Assembly: GCA_951406725.2 (NCBI GenBank)
Contig: OX597842.1
Location: 682,001-746,000 of the forward strand
Origin: Octopus vulgaris
Taxonomy: Eukaryota
Direction of reading: 5' to 3'
DNA: 64,000 nt
The position numbers and the translations under genes were made by a program. Positions 54,443 through 64,000 of this stretch are shown piece by piece. Below the pieces are notes generated by a model. The model was given only the letters and a program-made list of their open reading frames with translations. It searched no databases and was not told where the DNA came from. Each line of letters opens with the position of its first letter. Position 1 is the first letter of the stretch.

Positions 54443-55343
54443 GAAACAGGAGATTGGAAAAGTTTTGGCATTATTTTGGTAGATTTCCTCAATCTCCTGT
54501 TTTGATATTATTATTCTGCAGAGAACATTTTTCCAGTATTTTCAACTCTTAGGCATACTTCACATAAAAATATAACATTCTACAGAAGGATTTGAATTAC
54601 TGGAATAAGCAGAAGTGCTTGAAAAGGACATAGCTTGGACCTTAACCTACCCACCACAACAGAATTGAGATCTTAAAACCTAATGGCATAAAAAAATGCA
54701 TTGCTGTGGGTGTCGGTGTTGCATAAGAAGCATTTGTGCTGGTACCACATAAAAAGCAATTGTGCTGGTGCCACACAAAAAGCTCTGGTGATGGTGCCAC
54801 TTAAAAACCACTGGTACGGGTGCCACATAAAAAGTGCTGATGCTGGCAGACGAAATCCCGCTAAGCATTTCACCCGGCGTGCTAACGTTTCTTATTTCTT
54901 TACTGCCAACAAGGGGCTACACACAGAAGGGACAAACAAGGACAGACAAACAGATTAAGTCGATTATATCGACCCTAATGAGTAACTGGAACTTAATTTA
55001 TCGACTCCGAAAGGATGAAGGGCAAAGTTGACCTCAGTTGAATTTGAACTCAGAATGCAGCGGTGGACGAAATACCACAAGGCATTTCGCCCGGCGTACT
55101 AACGTTTCTGCTATCTCACTGCCTGCAACATGCTTCTCCCATGGCTAACTCTTTGTTGCTTGCTCATGAGCTAGAAGCTGCAACAATTTGTTCATTTGGA
55201 CACCAACAAAAAATTACACAATGAATATTGTTTACTCTGAGGTGCTTCAACATTGACAGATTTTTCAGTTCTAAATTCTATTATCATTACAATTTGGATA
55301 TTTTTTGATAAAACATAGATATTTTGAAATAATAATGAGAAAA

Positions 55344-56197
55344 GTGGTAAGTAGCTTGCTTACTAACCAAATGGTTCTGGGTTCAGTCCCACTGCATGTC
55401 ATCTTGGGCAAGTGTCTTCTGCTATAGCCCTGGGCCAACCAATGCCTTGTGAGTGGATTTGGTAGACGGAAACTGAAAGAAGCCTGTCGTATATATGTAT
55501 ATATATATATATGTATGTATGTGCATGTGTTTATGTGTCTGTGTTTGTCCCCCTAGCATTGCTTGACAACCGATGCTGGTGTGTTTACGTCCCCATCACT
55601 TATCGGTTCGGCAAAAGAGACTGATGGAATAAGTACTAGGCTTACAAAGAATAAGTCCAGAGGTCGATTTGCTCGACTAAAGGCGGTGCTCCAGCATGGC
55701 TGCAGTCAAATGACTGAAACAAGTAAAACAGAGTAAAGAGTTATTGTATATTAACCTGAATAAAAACAGCAGTAGCCTGGGCACTGCCGGGTAATTCAGC
55801 TACTCTCCCTCTCTTTTATTTGTTTCAGTCATGTGACTGTGGCCATGCTGGAGCACCACCTTCAGTCGAACAAATCTTTGGACTTATTCTTTGGAAGCCT
55901 GGTACTTATTTTATCAGGTTCTTTTGCCTTACCGCTAAGTTAACGGGGATGTAAATACACCACCAAGCAATGCTAGGGGGACAAACACAGACACACAAAC
56001 ATATACACACACATATATATATATACATATATACGACAGGCATCTTTCAGTTTCTGTCCACCAAATCAACTCACAAGGCTTTGGCCAGCTCGAGGTCATA
56101 GTAGAAGACACTTGCCCAAGGTGCCATGCAGTGGGACTGAACCCGGAACCATGTAGTTGGTAAGCAAGCTACTTACCACACAGCCACTCATGCACCT
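55344..56197. mobile_element. Two tail-to-tail SINE-A copies (55344-55740 +, 55810-56197 -)
   Basis: Both copies show head, microsatellite and tail. Confidence 0.9.
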
Positions 56198-56223
56198 ATT
56201 TTAATTTATATATATATATATAT

Positions 56224-56280
<57 letters not shown>

Positions 56281-56725
56281 AAATTTAAAGGACTGACCAC
56301 TTAAATTTTGTATGTAAAATATATTTTAATCTTCGGATTTTTTAAATATGCTAAGCCACTGGTTTTAATTAATTAATATCAATTTCTACCCTTATTGAAT
56401 TTTATATATATATATATATATATTTGAAAAGATTTGTAGAGGTAACAGTCAGTTGAACTTGTCATGCTACCAGAACCAAAGAATATTATCACGTGTTCTT
56501 GCAGGTAAAAGTAAAATAAACTATGAATGTTAATCTTAATTTTAATTTAATTTTTTTAATAGTTCTGGCTCTGTAATACAAATGTCTTGTTTTCCTAAGT
56601 TTTGAATTAAAATCTTCCACCAAACCATAGTCACAAGATATTGATTAAACACTAGCTGAATGAGAACTAAATTGTTTTACTAAATTCTTTGTTATATTTA
56701 AAGTAATTAAAAGAAATACAGTAAC

Positions 56726-56891
56726 AGGCGCAGGAGTGGCTGTGTGGTAAGTAGCTTGCTAACCAACCACATTGTTCCAGGTTCAGTCCCACTGTGTGGC
56801 ATCTTGGGCAAGTATCTTCTGCTATAGCCCCGGGCCGACCAATGCCTTGTGAGTGGATTTGGTAGACGGAAACTGAAAAAAGCCTGTCGTA

Positions 56892-56937
<46 letters not shown>

Positions 56938-57149
56938 TAATCCAGCCAAGAAAGCACAAAAAAACACAACAACATGAGGACGTGGAACAAATATGGTATT
57001 ATTGGATGTTCAGGAAAGAATGAAAGAAGGAGGGTTTAATGTTTTGAGCGGAGCTCTTCGTCGGAAACGTAGGAGAAGGAAAGATCCAGAGAAGGGAAGA
57101 CAGAGGAAAAAAATCGCCAACGGTACACACACGGTCACATTTTGAAAGC

Positions 57150-57181
<32 letters not shown>

Positions 57182-57511
57182 TTGTGTATCTGTGTTTGTC
57201 CCCCTAGCATTGCTTGACAACTGACGCTGGTGTGTTTACGTTCCCGTAACTTAGCGGTTCGGCAAAAGAGACCGATAGAATAAGTACTGGGCTTACAAAG
57301 AATAAGCCCTGGAGTCAGTTTGCTCGACTAAAGGCGGTGCTCCAGCATGGCCAGTCAAAATGACTGAAACAAGTAAAAGAGAAAGACTGATAGAATAAGT
57401 ACTAGGCTTACAAAGAATAAGTCTTGGGGTTGATTTGCTCGACTAAAGGCGGTGCTCCAGCATGGCCACAGCCAAATGACTGAAACTAGTAAAAGAGTAA
57501 AGAGTAAAGAG
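56726..57511 (+). mobile_element. SINE-A with a nested pLTR-like element and duplicated tail, inserted in a MITE TIR
   Basis: TSD AGTAACA on both sides; the nested element spans 56932-57146. Confidence 0.8.
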
Positions 57512-58548
57512 AGTAACAAAAGGGTTAAGCAACACGACTAAAAAATGTAAAAACATACAAATAAACGAGGTTTCGATCGTTTTATAGATATTTCAAAATT
57601 CTGATGCTATGATGCTAGGTGTTTCCATTATTTTGTCCAACCCTTGTATTACACATACACAAATATACTTGGGTTGTGTGTGATTGAATGAGTGAGTGTA
57701 TACAGATATACACCTCGTTTTCTTTTTCTCTAAAGAAAAAATTAATACACACAAAAATATCACATCAAAATCGTCACCATGGTGACCACCAACAGTACCA
57801 CTACCACTACCACCAACAGCAAAAACGATCACTCCTCCTCCACCCTATCTCCATCCAACCCGATAAGAATTCTCTCAGCATCGTTGACTTGTAAATGTGT
57901 AGAGCATCAAAAATACACATTTGTGACGCTCGGATTAAGTGAGACAAATTGTGGTAGGCTACCAGATAATTTGAACCCCTACTGTTCCTGTTTACACTGA
58001 AGGCAGTTAACTAAAATACATCACAACCACAACACCAGTAACAACACCAACACCAACTATCTACGACCACTGAGACTAACTAACACAAGCACTTACAGCA
58101 GACGTATCTTATTGGTCGGCTGACTGATTTCTCATCATTATCAGGTGCGAACGCATAATCATTAGCAAGTGCTGAGTACGTAGGAGGATGACATGGTGAT
58201 GCCGTCTTGGTGTCCAACTAATGGGAGAAATTTCGAAAAACACACCACATACAGGGAATGAGGCCTAACATCCTGGAAACAATATTACTTATTTCGGAAC
58301 AGGAATGGAATTCCTGCTGTTTCTAACAATCATTATGTTTCCTTTAAGCGGAAACTTACTTTGTTTCGCCGATCCTAAATTCCACTGTATTCCGAAATTC
58401 TTAATTGACCAAATTGTAATGAATTTCTGTGGATAGTTATGAGTGCAATATAGCAGTGTACACACACACACAGACACACACACACACACACACACACACA
58501 TACTCACACACACAAATAAAGATAGAAAAATGAATTTATATATATTTG

Positions 58549-58603
<55 letters not shown>

Positions 58604-58792
58604 GCATATATATATTCATATATATATGTATAAAAACATATCCATGTGTGTGTCTATCTATCTATCTATCTCTCCCTATATATATAAATATATACATATA
58701 TACATATATATACATACATATACATATATATATATATATACACATATATATATATACATATATATATTCACACATACATATATATAAATATC

Positions 58793-58833
<41 letters not shown>

Positions 58834-59097
58834 TACATATGTATATATAAATATCTATTATATATATAACATACATATATATCTATAAAAGAGAGAGAGA
58901 GGGAGAGAGAGAGGGGAGGGAGAGAGAGAGAGGGAGAGAGAGAGAGGGAAGTAGAAAGATGCACAGAAACGGTTTGTGTATGTGCTTTTTTACTGTCGTG
59001 TGTGAGCGTGTATATTTGACAATGTGTATATCAATATCCATGCATAAATATATAGAGATATGCATGTGTGCGTGCGCATGTGCATGTGTATATAAAT

Positions 59098-59131
<34 letters not shown>

Positions 59132-59168
59132 GTATGTATATTTATATATGTATATATATATATATATT

Positions 59169-59212
<44 letters not shown>

Positions 59213-59795
59213 ATGGATGTAGGTGTGGCCGTGTGGTTCAGAAGCTTGCTTCTGAACCACATGGTCATGTTTGCTGAACTGCTACGTCACAGGGACATAA
59301 ACACACCAACATCGGTTGTCAAGTGAAGGTAGTGGAGACAAACATAAGCACAAAGACACACACATAAATAAATATATATTCGTTTCTTTGTTCATTTCCT
59401 CGACTTCAGCATAGGTGTATATTTTGATAAAGTAGTTTGACCTTAGCATCTCTTTCTAGCATATGGCTTTACTTATAGCTACAACCATTAACGTAATAAT
59501 ATATTTATAAAAATCATATACTTCGTATTAATTTTTTTACCTTAATTGGTTTTACAAGATGGCTACCTGGTAAAATCTTATATAGATTTTATCCTTATAT
59601 ACACAGCTGTGGCTGCGGTAAGAAGCTTGCTTCCCAAACACATGATTCAGAGTTCAGTCCCACTGTGTGACAGCTTGGGAAAGAGTCTTCTACTATGGCC
59701 TCGGGCAGACTAAAGCCTTATGAGTGGATTTGGTAGGCGGAAACTCAAAGAAGACATACATATACATATATACATACAAATATACATACATACAT

Positions 59796-59861
<66 letters not shown>

Positions 59862-60020
59862 GTATATATTTATGTGTGTGTGTGTGTGTGCATGTCTGTT
59901 CCCCGACCATTGCTTGACAACCGATGGTGGTGTGTTTACGTTTCCGGAAATTTGTGTGTTTTTTAAACTATAAATAAATGAAAGAATGGAGTTGAATGAC
60001 GATTTAACAAAATTCCTTTA

Positions 60021-60103
60021 TTCTCGACATATGTTTCGAAGACTGCATATTCCTAATTCCGAAGGAATAAGGGGTGCATTATGCCGCCTTCTCATCAGGA
60101 AAA
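60021..60103 (-). ncRNA. Type-I hammerhead ribozyme with canonical core and GUC site
   Basis: TTTTC-CTGATGA-GAAGGCgGCATA..TATGCaGTCTTC-GAAA-CATATG-TC-GAGAA. Confidence 0.85.
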
Positions 60104-60184
60104 ACAAGGAACATGTCAGCATCATGACGAACAAAAACTTTTAGATGACTGCCCACACGGAGTCCATAGCGATAATGAGTGTTT

Positions 60185-60225
<41 letters not shown>

Positions 60226-61719
60226 CATGATCATATGAGCTTCTTTCAGTTTCCATCTAATAAATCCATTCACAAGGCTTTGGTCAGCCTGAGGCTCTAG
60301 TAGAAGGCGATAGCCAAGGGTGCCATGCAGTGGGACTGAACCCAGAACACAGCACACAGCCACACCTCTTTGTGTGTGTGCCTGTGTGTGTGTGTGTGAT
60401 GTGTGTGGCTTAGTGGTTAGAGTATTGGACTCATGATTGTAAGATTGTAGTTTCAATTCCTGGATCGGGCAATACATTGTGTCCTTAAGCAAGACACTTC
60501 ATTTCATGTTGCTCCAGTCCCCTCAGCAAGCAAAAGTGAGTCATCCTGTGATGGAATGTTTTCCTATCCAGGAGGGAAATATATAGACAGCAGATTCCAA
60601 GAAATGACCCCAAAATCATACGGATCAGCAGGACCTGTGCTCCTTTTTCATTTATTCTTATATTTGTTTCATTCATCTGACTGTGGCCATGCTGGAGCAC
60701 TGCCTTGAAGGGTATTATTTGAACAAATCAATGCCAGACTTAATATTTAAACTTGATATTTATTCATTCTATAGGTCTCTTTTTCAAATTGAGACATAAA
60801 CAAACTAATACCGGTTGTCAAATGGTGATGGGGGAACAAACACAAACTCACACATACATACCGATAAGGAAATAATTTTATTCTCAGATGCAGGATAATG
60901 CTAATAATATAGCATGAACAAGATAAACTATCCACATTTTGCAGAAAAATCTGTTGGTGGCTAGCCATGAGACTTGAACTCACATCCCTGTGATTACATG
61001 CCAAGTGCTTTACCATTAAGCTAAACTGCCCCAACAAATTCTTTCAATACATTTCAACGTTTCTAAAGCAAACTTCGTTTGTTGATTTTCAATGTTGAAT
61101 TTAATATAACTTATATATCTAATTTAATATATATACCATACTAAGAAAAAGAATTCCTTCCAAGGGCTGTGTAAAATATCCAATTTACTGGTACGGTGAT
61201 TGAATACCAGATAAATATCGGTATAATTGAAATTACAAACAATAAATTAAATAGAGAGATACAATTGACAATCTAATAATTTATTTATATTATAACATGA
61301 CATACTATCAATATAAGATAACATAAACAATTATTAAAAAAACCCAACAATTTGTTTTGACTTTATACATTTTTTATATATAAACAATTCAATCTTTTTA
61401 TATAAGACTTTGGTTGGCCAGAGCCTATAGCAGAAGACACTTTCCCAAGGTGCCATACAGTGGGACCGAACCACTAAGTTACGGGGACGTAAACACACCA
61501 GCATCGGTTGTCAAGCAATGTTGCAGGTGGGAGGGGAATAAACACATAACCACACATATAACAACAGGCTTCTTTCACTTTCCATCGACCAAATCCACAC
61601 AGAAGGCTTGTTGGACTGAGGCTATAGTAGAAGACACTTGGCCAAGGTGCCACATAGTGGGACTGAACCTGGATCAAAGAAGTTGGTACAGAAGCTACTT
61701 ACCACACATCCACTCCTGC

Positions 61720-61835
<116 letters not shown>

Positions 61836-61847
61836 TATATATAATAT

Positions 61848-63116
61848 ATGTGGTATATCTCGACTTTGCAAAGGCCTTTGACAAAGTCGACCACGGAGTG
61901 ATATGTCACAAATTACTCAGACTCGGCATAACAGGAAAAGTAGGTGAGTGGATACATGACTTCCTGAAGGACAGAAGCCAGATGGTTGCAGCCAATGGAG
62001 CCCTCTCGGGAAAGACACCAATAGCAAGCGGGGTGCCACAGGGCACAGTCTTGGGACCCTTGCTGTTTTTGGTGGCGCTCTCTGACATGCCCTTGGTAGC
62101 ACAAACAACATCCCTCACTAGCTATGCTGATGACACAAAGGTAGCACAGGCAATCAAAAACCCAGCTGATGCTGACCTTTTACAACAAGATCTGGATGCC
62201 ATATACAAATGGGCTGAAGACAACAACATGCAATTTAATGCTGGTAAATTTCAAGCCTTACAATATCAAGCTGTAAACACATATACATTACAACACAACT
62301 ATACTGGTCCAGGAGGGATCGAAATCCCAGTATCGAAATCAATACGGGACCTGGGGATAGACATGAGTGACGATGCATCTTTTTCTTCACACATCGCGAA
62401 GGTGGCGACAATGTGCAGACGACTCACTGGCTGGATCCTGAGGACATTCCGGACAAGAGACTGCGAGACCATGTTGACACTATGGAGGACATTTGTCCTA
62501 AGCCGCCTGGACTACTGCTCCCAACTGTGGTCACCGCATAGTGTCAAACTAACCACAGAGCTTGAGACAATCCAAAGACATTTCACCAAGAGGATTTCCA
62601 CCATGAAAGAAAAGAACTATTGGGAGAGGCTTAGGGAACTCAATTTGTACTCCTTGGAACGAAGACGAGAGAGATATGCAGTGATATACATATGGAAAAT
62701 CCTGGAGGGACTAGCACCAAATTTTGGAATTGAGAGCTGTTCCAATCCCCGTACAGGACGTCACTGTGTGGTGCCAAAGGTCCCGTCTTCCACATCCAGG
62801 GTAAGGAGCAGATACTGTAATAGCCTGGGGTTCAGGGGCCCTCAGCTTTTCAACAAACTGCCAAGAAAACTAAGAGATCTACATGATGCGGATGTGGACA
62901 TTTTCAAAAAACATCTAGACAAGCTGCTTTCCGGGATCCCAGATGAACCCACTGCAAGGTACGAAGGTAACCTAAGGGCAGCAGCTACAAACTCTCTCTT
63001 AGATCAGTGGCCAGCCACGGCAAACTGGACTTAGAGAGGGTAGCAACAAGGGCGGTGCCCCAGCATGGCCTCAGCCGGATGGCTGAAACAAGTAAAAGAG
63101 TAAAAGAGTAAAAGAG
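61848..63116 (+). mobile_element. 5'-truncated CR1/L2-group LINE in (TA)n
   Basis: Uninterrupted RT C-terminal half, short 3'UTR with a stem-loop, and a (GTAAAAGA)3 tail. Confidence 0.92.
61850..63034 (+). CDS. LINE ORF2 reverse transcriptase fragment (394 aa, no stops)
   Basis: [47 protein letters not shown]. Confidence 0.92.
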   Translation: MVYLDFAKAFDKVDHGVICHKLLRLGITGKVGEWIHDFLKDRSQMVAANGALSGKTPIASGVPQGTVLGPLLFLVALSDMPLVAQTTSLTSYADDTKVAQAIKNPADADLLQQDLDAIYKWAEDNNMQFNAGKFQALQYQAVNTYTLQHNYTGPGGIEIPVSKSIRDLGIDMSDDASFSSHIAKVATMCRRLTGWILRTFRTRDCETMLTLWRTFVLSRLDYCSQLWSPHSVKLTTELETIQRHFTKRISTMKEKNYWERLRELNLYSLERRRERYAVIYIWKILEGLAPNFGIESCSNPRTGRHCVVPKVPSSTSRVRSRYCNSLGFRGPQLFNKLPRKLRDLHDADVDIFKKHLDKLLSGIPDEPTARYEGNLRAAATNSLLDQWPATANWT

Positions 63117-63125
63117 ATATAATAT

Positions 63126-63271
<146 letters not shown>

Positions 63272-64000
63272 TACATATAATATATAATTTATATATATAT
63301 ATAATATATATGTATATATACACACACACATATATATATATATAAATCTTTAAATCCTTAAAAATGTTTCAGCCCAAAAGCTGTGGCCATGCTGGGGCAC
63401 CACCATTGAAATGAGCTACACTATATAATATATATGATATATTTCTATATGCATACACACACACATATGTATGTCTACAAATATACATACATAGACATAT
63501 ACATTCATTATATACATTATTTATATAAATTACAAATATATAACATGCACATTTGTAGTATACACAAATATATGCAATATATAAACATTAAATACATACA
63601 TACACATATATATATACACACACGCACACACACACATATATATATATATACATACATATATTTATATATATATATATATATATACACATACATAGATATA
63701 TATTTATATATATATATATATACACACACATACATACATATTTATATATATATATATATACACATACATACATATATACACACACACATATATATATATA
63801 CATACATATATATATATTTATATATATATACACATACATAGATATATATTTTCATATATATATACACACACACACACACATATATATATATACACATATA
63901 TATATATATACACATACAGATATATATTTTTATATATATATACACACATACATATATATTTATATATATATACACATACATACATACACACATATATATA

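Overview
AT-rich, repeat-saturated animal intergenic or intronic DNA. The SINE families and microsatellite load suggest an octopus-type (coleoid) genome, which is an inference. No host protein-coding gene is confidently seen, and almost all short ORFs in the track are microsatellite or SINE artefacts. Real coding content is all transposon-derived: a near-full-length R4/Dong-clade RLE retrotransposon with one homopolymer frameshift, two RLE 3' fragments, a 5'-truncated CR1/L2-group LINE, a Neptune-type Penelope GIY-YIG fragment, a decayed Tc1 and two mariner relics. There are also roughly 30 copies or fragments of one tRNA-SINE, other SINEs, piggyBac-like MITEs and Helitron-like relics. The most striking unannotated signal is at least six distinct families of minimal type-I hammerhead ribozyme (HHR) motifs, mostly beside (TA)n tracts and often built into long palindromes with one ribozyme per arm. 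One of these palindromes has a tRNA-like Pol III head at its centre. Also notable are a clean twin-priming 5' inversion in a (TAA)n-associated retroposon, and a LINE/SINE shared 3' stem-loop with a compensatory base change. All motifs were read by eye; no folding or database search was run.
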